Below, piece by piece: positions 32,863 to 41,913 of a stretch of DNA of 64,000 bases. This stretch comes from Pelagibacteraceae bacterium AG-426-L23 (GTDB lineage: Bacteria > Pseudomonadota > Alphaproteobacteria > Pelagibacterales > Pelagibacteraceae), in the NCBI GenBank assembly GCA_003213115.1, contig QCNU01000002.1:17017-81016 (forward strand), read 5' to 3'. Made by a program: the position numbers and the translations under genes. Each line of letters starts with the position of its first letter. Position 1 is the first letter of the stretch. The notes beneath the pieces were generated by a model. The model ran no database searches, had not been told where the DNA came from, and saw only the letters and a program-made list of their open reading frames with translations.

Positions 32863-34923
32863 TTAAATCTTTATTATTTCAGCCTTGTCAAAAAGTTTTA
32901 TCAAAAAATTAAATTTATTTGAATTTTCTTCTTCCAAAGTTAATGAAGAAATTTTTCTCTCTGCAATTTTAAATAAATCTTCATGATGAATAGGATCGGC
33001 TATTTTAAAAAATTTTATACCACTTTGTTGAAATCCTGCAATATCACCATAACCTCTTAGCCTCATATCTTCCTCTGCAATTAAAAAACCATCATCACTA
33101 GACTTAAGAATTTTTATTCTATTTATAGCTCTAGGGCTTAAATTTTTTTTAAAAAGTAAAATACAAACGCCTTGATTAGATCCTCTTCCAACTCTACCTC
33201 TAAGTTGATGAAGTTGAGCTAAGCCAAATTTATTTGCATTTTCGATTATCATTAAATTCGCACTAGGAAAATCAATACCGACTTCTATTACAGTAGTTGA
33301 AACTAAAATATCTAGTTTTTTATTTAAAAAATAATTTAATATTTTATCTTTTTCATCTTTTTTTAAACCACCATGGATCAATCCAACTCTATTTTTAAAA
33401 ATTTTTTTAATTTTTTCATATCTGAGAACCGCTGATGCATAATTTAAAATTTTAGATTCCTCTATTAAAGGACACACCCAAAAAACCTGATTAGAATTTT
33501 TAATTTGATTTTTAATATAGGAGTATATTTCTTTAATTTTTTCTTCTGGTTTGCTTAATGTAATTATTGGTTTTCTTTTTTTTGGTTTTTCCGTTATTTT
33601 TGAAATATCCATATCGCCATAAATTGCCATAATCATTGTTCTAGGAATGGGCGTGGCTGACATTAGAAGAATATCACAATCGTCACCACCTTTTTTTGCT
33701 AAATTCATTCGTTGCTTAACACCAAACTTATGTTGTTCATCAATAATAATTAAACCCAGATTATTAAAATTTATTTTTTTTTGAAATAAAGTATGAGTTC
33801 CTATAATCAATTTAGTTTTATTATCTTCAAGATCTCTTAATATTTTTTTTCGTTTTTTATTTTCTGTTTTACCAGTCAACAAATCAATTTTGATATTATG
33901 ACTTTTAAAAATTTCATTAGCTAAAGTAAAATGTTGCTTTGCTAGAATTTCGGTAGGGGCCATTATTGCGCACTGGAAATTAGACTCAATAACATTTGAT
34001 ATAGCAATTAATGATACAATAGTTTTACCAGAACCAACATCACCCTGAAGAATTCTAAACATTCTTTTATCAGATGTTAAATCGTTATTTATTTCAGTAA
34101 TTACGTTTTTCTGGCTCGTTGTAAGTTGATAAGGTAATTTGTTAATAATTTTATCAGAAATAATATTCTTAAACTTTTTCTTTTTTTTAAATACATTCTT
34201 AATTTTCTTTCTATTTTTAGACATTGTAAGAAGATGAGCAAAAATTTCATCAAATGCCAATCTTCTATAATAATTTGAATTAATATCTCTATTTTTGTTA
34301 TCTTCATGAACTTTTAAAATTGAGTTTTTCCAACTATCAAATTTCATCTCTTTATTGAATTGCTCATCGTACCAATCCTCATTATTTTGGATATTACTTA
34401 AAACTTGTTCAATAATTTTTCTGTATAATTTCTCGTTAATTCCGTCCGTTAATGAGTATTTAGGTATAATTTTTTGGACGTAATTAAGATTCTCAATTTT
34501 TGTTACATAATCAGGATTTGTTATTTGATATCTATTTTTGTAAAAACCTATTTTACCACTTACGACCACCCATTCATTAAGTGGTAAAATTTTTCTTAAA
34601 TATCCCTCTCTACTATTGAAGTAAACTAAGTCAATTTTTCCAATATTATCTTCACATATTATTTTATTAGGTAAATTTCTTATCCTAGGGAAATTATATT
34701 TAATTACTTTTATTTTTATTGTGAAAATTTTTCCAATCTCAAGCTTACTTAAATTAACTAACTCGCTACGATCCGTATAAGAGTATGGAAAATTCCACAA
34801 CAAATCATTTATTTTCTCAATTTTTTTATTTTTTAAGTAATTTGACAACTTTTTACCCACTCCCTTAAGAGATATAACGTTTTTAAATAAATAATTATTT
34901 TTTTTTATTAGATCCATTGACAT
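32863..34923 (-). CDS. recG: ATP-dependent DNA helicase RecG (start may be 34917)
   Basis: QGDVGSGKT, DEQHKFG, MSATPIPRT, QLHQLRGRVGRG. Confidence 0.97.
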   Translation of the reverse strand: MSMDLIKKNNYLFKNVISLKGVGKKLSNYLKNKKIEKINDLLWNFPYSYTDRSELVNLSKLEIGKIFTIKIKVIKYNFPRIRNLPNKIICEDNIGKIDLVYFNSREGYLRKILPLNEWVVVSGKIGFYKNRYQITNPDYVTKIENLNYVQKIIPKYSLTDGINEKLYRKIIEQVLSNIQNNEDWYDEQFNKEMKFDSWKNSILKVHEDNKNRDINSNYYRRLAFDEIFAHLLTMSKNRKKIKNVFKKKKKFKNIISDKIINKLPYQLTTSQKNVITEINNDLTSDKRMFRILQGDVGSGKTIVSLIAISNVIESNFQCAIMAPTEILAKQHFTLANEIFKSHNIKIDLLTGKTENKKRKKILRDLEDNKTKLIIGTHTLFQKKINFNNLGLIIIDEQHKFGVKQRMNLAKKGGDDCDILLMSATPIPRTMIMAIYGDMDISKITEKPKKRKPIITLSKPEEKIKEIYSYIKNQIKNSNQVFWVCPLIEESKILNYASAVLRYEKIKKIFKNRVGLIHGGLKKDEKDKILNYFLNKKLDILVSTTVIEVGIDFPSANLMIIENANKFGLAQLHQLRGRVGRGSNQGVCILLFKKNLSPRAINRIKILKSSDDGFLIAEEDMRLRGYGDIAGFQQSGIKFFKIADPIHHEDLFKIAERKISSLTLEEENSNKFNFLIKLFDKAEIIKI

Positions 34924-34939
34924 ATAATATATTAAATCA

Positions 34940-35194
34940 ATGAGTAAATTAGAAACATTAAAGAAAAAATTATTATACAGATCATCTTATAGGGGAACAA
35001 AGGAGATGGATATTTTGTTAAGTTCCTTTGTAAAATTTTATATTGACAAATTAGGAATAGACGAATTGCAAGATTTAGACAAATTCTTGGATTTAGATGA
35101 TGAGATAATATACAACTTTTATCAGAACAATGTTTCAAATAATTTCTTAGAAAAAAATAGAATATCTCAACTTTTAAAAAAATTTAAAATTTAA
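34940..35194 (+). CDS. sdhE: FAD assembly factor SdhE (Sdh5 family)
   Basis: YRS..RGTKEMD.LL motif; divergent from recG as in other alphaproteobacteria. Confidence 0.9.
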   Translation: MSKLETLKKKLLYRSSYRGTKEMDILLSSFVKFYIDKLGIDELQDLDKFLDLDDEIIYNFYQNNVSNNFLEKNRISQLLKKFKI

Positions 35195-35197
35195 ATA

Positions 35198-35287
35198 TGG
35201 CGGAGAGGGTGGGATTCGAACCCACGAACGAGTTGCCCCGTTGCTGGTTTTCAAGACCAGTGCTTTCAACCACTCAGCCACCTCTCC
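35198..35287 (-). tRNA. tRNA-Ser(TGA)
   Basis: Reverse complement GGAGAGGTGGCTGAGTGGTTGAAAGCACTGGTCTTGAAAACCAG..., long variable arm, GGTTCGAATCC, GCCA end; 90 nt. Confidence 0.96.
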
Positions 35288-35386
35288 GTGAAGAGTTTTA
35301 TAAGGATTATCATTAAATGATGCAATTTAATATTTAAATATTTTAATATATTTATTAAACTAAAGTTCTAATACTATTTAATTTTT

Positions 35387-36661
35387 ATGACAAAAATAAA
35401 TAAAACAAACATATTTTTATATTTTATTTTTTCTATAAGTCTATTTATTGGATTTTATCTAAGTGAGGATACCGCGGGACATGGACAATCCGTAATTGAC
35501 TTTAACGATACTTGGTACAATGTTTCTGATCCTTCAAAATATTTTCAAGTTCAACCGGGTGAAACTGTTGCACTAGAATTTAAATTTCCTCTTCATTATT
35601 ATATTTCATCGTTAATTTATAAAATAGTACAAGATCAAGAAATTTTCAGATTAGTTTTCATTAGTATTTCACTTTTTACACCTTTGATATTTTTTAAATG
35701 TTTATCTGAAAAGTATAAAAATATTGATAATAATAATTTATTTTTACTTTCACTTATACTATTTGTTCTACCTTCTTTTAGGACCGCTGCGATTTGGCCA
35801 AATACACAGATCACAGCATTAATTTTTTTTTTAGCATCATTATATTATTTTATAAAATGGGAAAACAAAAAAAATTTTAAAAATTTAAATAAAGATATAA
35901 TTTTAAGTTTAATTTTTATTTCACTGGCTGTTTATACCCGTCAAATATATGCAATTATATATATATATTATTTATTTGTTATTTTTTTAAAATGTAAGTT
36001 CAATTATCTTTTTAAAGTTATATTAATTACCGTAGTATTTTCTTTACCTGGTTTTTATATAATATTTTTTAAAAATATTAGAGCTGCAACTTTACTATTT
36101 AATATGGAATTTCAAAATAGTTTACTTATTAACCCTTCAATTTTAGCATTTTATTTAATACCTTTTTTTTCAATTTTATCACTTAATAATATTAATTTTA
36201 TTAAATTTAATTTTAAAAAAGATTTAATTTACATAATTTTAGTACTACTAATTGTTGCTGTCTCATTAAAATTTTTTAATTATAATTTTAAAATTGGTGG
36301 AGGATTTTTTTTAAAACTTTCTTTAATACTTTTTGATAATCTATTCTTATTTATATTGACAACAATTTTAGGATATTTAATGATTTATAAAATTTGCAAA
36401 GATAATATCCAAAATATTTTAATTTTCTCATTACTAATATTAATTTTTACCTCTAAATATATTTTAATGAAGTATTTTGAACCAATGTTTTTTATAATAT
36501 TATTTATTTTAATAAGATCTAAAGCACCTGGTGTGTTTTTATTAAAAAGTAAAAATATTTATTTCTTTTTTACTTATTTCTTTATCTATTTTATTTCAGC
36601 TTATATAAATGATATATTTCAAATTACTAAAAATTCCATAGGAGTTATTAGAGTTTTTTGA
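35387..36661 (+). CDS. Polytopic membrane protein, possible GT-C fold glycosyltransferase
   Basis: About ten or more hydrophobic segments, acidic loop after TM1, P.FR...IWPNT and LAVYTRQ motifs; very AT-rich. Confidence 0.55.
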   Translation: MTKINKTNIFLYFIFSISLFIGFYLSEDTAGHGQSVIDFNDTWYNVSDPSKYFQVQPGETVALEFKFPLHYYISSLIYKIVQDQEIFRLVFISISLFTPLIFFKCLSEKYKNIDNNNLFLLSLILFVLPSFRTAAIWPNTQITALIFFLASLYYFIKWENKKNFKNLNKDIILSLIFISLAVYTRQIYAIIYIYYLFVIFLKCKFNYLFKVILITVVFSLPGFYIIFFKNIRAATLLFNMEFQNSLLINPSILAFYLIPFFSILSLNNINFIKFNFKKDLIYIILVLLIVAVSLKFFNYNFKIGGGFFLKLSLILFDNLFLFILTTILGYLMIYKICKDNIQNILIFSLLILIFTSKYILMKYFEPMFFIILFILIRSKAPGVFLLKSKNIYFFFTYFFIYFISAYINDIFQITKNSIGVIRVF

Positions 36662-36662
36662 T

Positions 36663-37424
36663 TTATATAAATTTTAAATTAATAGTGTGATTAATAACTC
36701 TAATAAAATTTATAATGTATACTGGTATAATTTTTTTTAGCACTAGTTTAATTATGTTTTCTTTTTTTGCTAACCATTGATTATCAAATAATAAATTTGG
36801 ATTTAAAATAAATCTTTTTTTTATTTTTAATTTATTAATAAGACTTTTTTTAACGAATATGCAATTTCCTGTATGTGAAACTAAAAAATAACCTTTTTTT
36901 AAACCAACTTTTACTGTTGATGTAAAACTATTTCCTTTCTTTTTATGTGAATTCTTTTGTAAAATTCCAGGTTTAATACCACTATTAATTTCAATTATAA
37001 CAACTTGAGGATGGTAGTGTTTTAAACTTTCCCATATATCTAAATCATAAGAGTCTATATCAATTGATAAAACTTCAAAATTTTTTGGAATTTTGGTTTT
37101 TTTTAAAATTTTTTCTAAAGTAAAATTTGATTTTCGTTTGTGTGAAACAAATAAATTTATTGGAACAATACTCTTAAATTTTTTACTTGTTTTAGTGAGT
37201 AAATTAAATTTTTTTTTGTCACCCTCAATATATACCCCGTTAAATTTGTAATTTTTAATTAAGTTAAATGTATTGCTACCTTTGATTCCATCCCAAGCTC
37301 CAAATTCACAAGCCCATTTTGTCTTCTTACCTAGTAACCGTGATCTTCTCAGTATTTCAATAATAATTCCATCCTCACCATTTTGAGAATAAATATTTTT
37401 TTTGTATTTATTAAGATTTGACAT
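36663..37424 (-). CDS. FkbM-like SAM-dependent methyltransferase (start likely MSNLN)
   Basis: YSQNGEDGII, CEFGAWDG..GSN, LSIDID, P.V.IIE.N. Confidence 0.75.
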   Translation of the reverse strand: MSNLNKYKKNIYSQNGEDGIIIEILRRSRLLGKKTKWACEFGAWDGIKGSNTFNLIKNYKFNGVYIEGDKKKFNLLTKTSKKFKSIVPINLFVSHKRKSNFTLEKILKKTKIPKNFEVLSIDIDSYDLDIWESLKHYHPQVVIIEINSGIKPGILQKNSHKKKGNSFTSTVKVGLKKGYFLVSHTGNCIFVKKSLINKLKIKKRFILNPNLLFDNQWLAKKENIIKLVLKKIIPVYIINFIRVINHTINLKFI

Positions 37425-37448
37425 AAAAGTAGTTAAAATAATCATTTT

Positions 37449-38465
37449 ATGATATTAAAAAAAATGACTCAATTCTTTAAAATATTTTTTTTTAGTCTAA
37501 TATTTTTACCATTAAATTACTTATACGCTGATACTACTAAATTTGATGTTTGGCTTAAAGAATTTATTTTAGTCGCAAAGAAAGAAGGTATTTCAGACTC
37601 TACGATTAATAGTACATTACTAAATTCAAAATTTTTGCCTAAGGTTATTGAATACGATAGATATCAACCTGAATTTTATGAAGACACTCATACCTATATT
37701 AATAAACGCGTAACAAAATCAAAAGTTAAAAAAGGTATTGCTTTGTATAAAAAAGAAAAAGATACCATCAATGTAGTTGAAAAAAAATTTTCAGTAGAAA
37801 AGGAATTATTATTATCTCTAATGGGTATAGAAACTAATTTTGGTAAGTATTTAGGTAAAATGGATATTATCTCATCTCTTGCAACGTTAAGTTATGACAA
37901 AAGACGAAGCGCATTTTTTACAAATGAGTTACTTATATTACTTAAATTAATTGATAAAAAAATAATTAATCCAAAAATCTTATATGGTTCTTGGGCTGGC
38001 GCTTTTGGAAATTTTCAATTTATGCCATCTACAATCAAATATCATGCAATTGATTTTAATGATAATTCAATAATAGAACTAAAAAAAATTGAAGATTCAT
38101 TTGCTTCAGCAGCTAATTACATAAATAAGATAGGATGGAATAATAACCAACCTTGCTTTTATAAAATAGATTTAGATGACAAAATTCCTGACAAATACTT
38201 AAATACATCTGCAAAAAAAATTAAGAATAAAAGAAAATATAGTTTTTTTAAGAAATATATTAAAAACAATGAGTCTTTACTAATTAATAATGATATAATT
38301 TCAGCTATAGTTACACCAGACAAAAATATTATTCCTGGTTCTAAAAGACTAAAACCTGCTTATATAGTTTTTAATAACTATGAATTAATTTTAAAATGGA
38401 ATAGATCTTTACGTTTTGCGCTAGCAGTATGTACATTAAAAAATAGATTTAAAAATGAAATTTAA
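37449..38465 (+). CDS. Lytic murein transglycosylase (MltB/SLT_2 family); start may be 37464
   Basis: GIETNFG catalytic Glu, GSWAGAFG..QFMPST, WNRS. Confidence 0.92.
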   Translation: MILKKMTQFFKIFFFSLIFLPLNYLYADTTKFDVWLKEFILVAKKEGISDSTINSTLLNSKFLPKVIEYDRYQPEFYEDTHTYINKRVTKSKVKKGIALYKKEKDTINVVEKKFSVEKELLLSLMGIETNFGKYLGKMDIISSLATLSYDKRRSAFFTNELLILLKLIDKKIINPKILYGSWAGAFGNFQFMPSTIKYHAIDFNDNSIIELKKIEDSFASAANYINKIGWNNNQPCFYKIDLDDKIPDKYLNTSAKKIKNKRKYSFFKKYIKNNESLLINNDIISAIVTPDKNIIPGSKRLKPAYIVFNNYELILKWNRSLRFALAVCTLKNRFKNEI

Positions 38466-39189
38466 TTTATTTATAATCTTTCTGTTTACTATTTCTTGTT
38501 CCGTACAAAGTAACAATAGTCCTAAAAAATCCTCTTATACTTCAAGTGGTTTCGCTTACGTTTATAATGAAAATGATTTTTTAAATAAAGTAATATCAAA
38601 AAAACTTGACAATAATGAGCCTTTGCTTGGACATAATAGACTTAAAGTTGGGACAATAGTTAAAATTTCAAATCCTGAAAACAAAAAATCAACTACACTC
38701 AAAATTAGAAAAAAAGTTAATTATCCAGATTTTTATACAATATTGATAACTGAATCATTATTTCAAAAATTAGAATTAAATGCTGAGTCACCATTTGTTG
38801 AAATACAGGAAATTAAAAAGAACAAATCTTTTGTGGCAGGAAAAGCGACTACTTATAGTGAGGAAAGAAAAGTTTCAAATAAAGCTCCTATTATGAATGT
38901 AAAAATTGATAATATATCAAAAAATAAAAAATCAAAAAAAGTTAAAAAATATACGTTCACAATTCTTATTGCAGAATTTTATTCTATTGAATCTGCCAAA
39001 AATTTGAAAAAAAAATTAAATGATATTGCCTTTAATTCGACTAATAAAAAATTGTTAATAAAAAAGAAAAAAAAGAACAGTTTTGAACTTGTTTTAGGAC
39101 CATATAAAGCTGTTAATTCTTTAAAAAATGACTACATTGCTTTAAAAGATTATGGATTTGAGGAACTAGAAATTAAAATCAATGAATAA
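38455..39189 (+). CDS. Degenerate RlpA-like lipoprotein with C-terminal SPOR-like domain
   Basis: Lipobox FTISC, L..GT.VK..NPEN.KS segment, C-terminal F.S...A / V.GPY; position between mltB and dacA. Confidence 0.65.
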   Translation: MKFNLFIIFLFTISCSVQSNNSPKKSSYTSSGFAYVYNENDFLNKVISKKLDNNEPLLGHNRLKVGTIVKISNPENKKSTTLKIRKKVNYPDFYTILITESLFQKLELNAESPFVEIQEIKKNKSFVAGKATTYSEERKVSNKAPIMNVKIDNISKNKKSKKVKKYTFTILIAEFYSIESAKNLKKKLNDIAFNSTNKKLLIKKKKKNSFELVLGPYKAVNSLKNDYIALKDYGFEELEIKINE

Positions 39190-40333
39190 ACTTTTGGCCA
39201 TATCACTATTTTTTTTAATATTTTTTAGTAACAGTCTATTTGCTAGCCCAAGTATTGTTGCAAAAACAGCAATCTTAGTAGATTTTGACTCAGATGAAAT
39301 ACTTTATGAATTAGAACCAGATATGCAAATCTATCCTGCATCAATGACAAAAATAATGACTTCTATTATTGTATTTGACTTATTAAAAAATAATAAGTTA
39401 TCATTGGATGATAAATTTGTAGTTTCAGAAAAAGCATGGAGACTATCCCAAAGCGGCTACTCCTCTATGTTTATTATGATCAATGACGAAGTCACAGTTG
39501 AAGATTTATTAAAAGGAATAATTATTGCTTCTGGAAATGATGCTTGTGTTGCTATTGCTGAAGGTATAGCTGGTACCGAGGAAAACTTTGCTGATATGAT
39601 GAATGAAAAAGCTGGTGAAATAGGGATGCTTAATTCTAATTTTACAAATTCTTCGGGAATTAACGATCCGGACAATTACTCCACTGTTAGAGACATTGCG
39701 ATAATGTCAAAGTATTTAATAAAAAACTTTCCAGATTTATATAAAATGTATGCAGAAAAAGAATTTACGTGGGATAAAACAGGGGGCGATCCAATTAAGC
39801 AAGGCAACAGAAATGGTTTGTTATATAAAAATATTGGAGCAGATGGTATCAAAACTGGTTATCTAGCCGTAGAAAAGTACTCGTTAGCGAGTACTATTAA
39901 AAAAGATACAAGAAGATTAATATCTGTAGGCAGTGGCTTTCAAACAAAAAGATCGAGAACATCTGAGTCAATCAAGCTCTTAAGTTGGGGATTTAGAAAT
40001 ACTGATACTTTTCAAATTTCTAAAAAAGGTGAGACTAAATTCAATTTAGAAACTTGGTTAGGGAGAAAAAGAACTGTTGAAGGTGTAACAAAAGAAGATT
40101 TATTTATTACATTAAAAAAGAAAGATGTACGTAATTTTAAAGTTTTCCTAGAATATACAGGTCCTATAAAAGCCCCAATCGAGAAAGGGCAAGAAATTGG
40201 AAAAATCAAGATATTTAAAAGTGAAGAACTTTTAACATCAGCAAAACTCTTTGCATTAGAAGATATTAAGAAAATAAATTTTTTTAAAAGCGTATTTACC
40301 TCAATTAATTACATGATTTGGGGAGATGTTTAA
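39182..40333 (+). CDS. dacA: D-alanyl-D-alanine carboxypeptidase (peptidase S11)
   Basis: PASMTK (SxxK), SGN, KTG motifs. Confidence 0.93.
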   Translation: MNKLLAISLFFLIFFSNSLFASPSIVAKTAILVDFDSDEILYELEPDMQIYPASMTKIMTSIIVFDLLKNNKLSLDDKFVVSEKAWRLSQSGYSSMFIMINDEVTVEDLLKGIIIASGNDACVAIAEGIAGTEENFADMMNEKAGEIGMLNSNFTNSSGINDPDNYSTVRDIAIMSKYLIKNFPDLYKMYAEKEFTWDKTGGDPIKQGNRNGLLYKNIGADGIKTGYLAVEKYSLASTIKKDTRRLISVGSGFQTKRSRTSESIKLLSWGFRNTDTFQISKKGETKFNLETWLGRKRTVEGVTKEDLFITLKKKDVRNFKVFLEYTGPIKAPIEKGQEIGKIKIFKSEELLTSAKLFALEDIKKINFFKSVFTSINYMIWGDV

Positions 40334-40985
40334 AAAGAAACCTTTTTTTATTGTCTTTGAAGGTATTGAAGGTTCTGGTAAATCATACCAAAGCAAAAGA
40401 TTATATAAGAAATTAAAACAAAAAAAACTCCCAGTAATTTTAACAAGAGAACCAGGCGGATCTAAAACAGCTGAAAAAATAAGAGAAGTTATATTGGATG
40501 ATTATTTTCATAAAAACTCTGATAAACAATTTCATAAAAACACAGACACACTTCTTTATTTAGCAGCTAGAAATGAGCATTTAATTAACATTATTTTACC
40601 TGCATTAAAGAAGAAAAAAATAGTTATTTGCGACAGATTTATCGACTCAACTTTTGCTTATCAAATTTATGGCAAATCAGTTAGCAAAGAATTAGTTAAC
40701 AATATTCATAAACATATTTTAGGTAAAATAAGACCTGATTTAACAATTTTACTTACAGTAAAAATTTCTAAGGCTTTATCAAGACTCAAAAAACGTAAAA
40801 AGAAAAATAGATACGACAAATTTTCTAAAAATTTTTATATTAAAGCACAAAATTCTTTTATAAAACTTGCAAAGAAAAATAAAAAGAAATATTTAGTTTT
40901 TGATTCTTCTATTGATAATAAAAATATCGAAATTGAAATATTTGAGACAATCTTAAGAAAAATTATGAAATTATATGGAAGATAA
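40326..40985 (+). CDS. tmk: Thymidylate kinase
   Basis: FEGIEGSGKS, TREPGG, DRF.DST.AYQ. Confidence 0.96.
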   Translation: MFKKKPFFIVFEGIEGSGKSYQSKRLYKKLKQKKLPVILTREPGGSKTAEKIREVILDDYFHKNSDKQFHKNTDTLLYLAARNEHLINIILPALKKKKIVICDRFIDSTFAYQIYGKSVSKELVNNIHKHILGKIRPDLTILLTVKISKALSRLKKRKKKNRYDKFSKNFYIKAQNSFIKLAKKNKKKYLVFDSSIDNKNIEIEIFETILRKIMKLYGR

Positions 40986-41913
40986 AAATTTATTAAATCC
41001 TTTTAATTCAAATAATTTAATTGGGCTTGATAACTACTTTAATGAACTAGTAAACTTGTATAATTCCAAGACTTTTCCGAAAGTTTTATTATTATCTGGA
41101 AAAAAAGGCTCCGGTAAATTTACTTTAATTATTCATTTACTAAACTATATTTTTTCAAAAAACACTTATAACCTAAATGAGAAAAGTTTTAATCCAAAAT
41201 CACCTTTTCATAATAAATTATCAAATAACATATCTGAAAACGTAATTTTTTTAAAACATAAAGAAAATGGAAATGTTAAAATTGAAGATATAAGAAATTT
41301 AAAATCTACAATTTCCAAACATTCTATAAATGACAATCCTAGATTTATTATATTAGACGATGTTGAAAAATATAATATTAATTCTTCTAACGCATTATTA
41401 AAAATTTTAGAAGAACCAGCCAAAAATAATTTCTTTATCTTAATTGATAATAAAGAAAATAAGATTATTGAAACTATTTCATCTCGAGCAATAAAGATAA
41501 ATATATTTTTAAACCAAACACAAAAAAAAACTATTATACAAAGACTTTTACAAATAAATGAAATTGAAAATGTTATGGATTTTAAATATTTGGATATTTC
41601 ACCTGGTCTATTTCTGGAATATAACCGTCTATTAAATACAAATAATCTTCATGTAGAATTAAATTTTATGGAAAAAATTGAGAAAATACTTAATTTATAT
41701 AAAAAAAATAAAGATCAAAAATTAATTAGTTTAGCTATAAACATAACCGAGTCACACTTCTTTTGTCTCTACCAAAAAAATGCTAGTAAAGCGATTGAAT
41801 TAAATGAAATTAAAAATAAAATCGTATGCTCAATAAATAATTTTGTTAAATTTAATTTAAATTTTAAAACAGTATATAGTTCTATCAAATCTCAGTTTAA
41901 TAATGCAAAATAA
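40975..41913 (+). CDS. holB: DNA polymerase III delta' subunit
   Basis: G.KG.GK, NALLK.LEEP, TI.SR; between tmk and metG. Confidence 0.85.
   Translation: MEDKNLLNPFNSNNLIGLDNYFNELVNLYNSKTFPKVLLLSGKKGSGKFTLIIHLLNYIFSKNTYNLNEKSFNPKSPFHNKLSNNISENVIFLKHKENGNVKIEDIRNLKSTISKHSINDNPRFIILDDVEKYNINSSNALLKILEEPAKNNFFILIDNKENKIIETISSRAIKINIFLNQTQKKTIIQRLLQINEIENVMDFKYLDISPGLFLEYNRLLNTNNLHVELNFMEKIEKILNLYKKNKDQKLISLAINITESHFFCLYQKNASKAIELNEIKNKIVCSINNFVKFNLNFKTVYSSIKSQFNNAK

Noticed and set aside
35329-35342. Palindrome AATATTTAAATATT upstream of tRNA-Ser
   Set aside because: Pure A/T in a nearly all-A/T region; expected by chance
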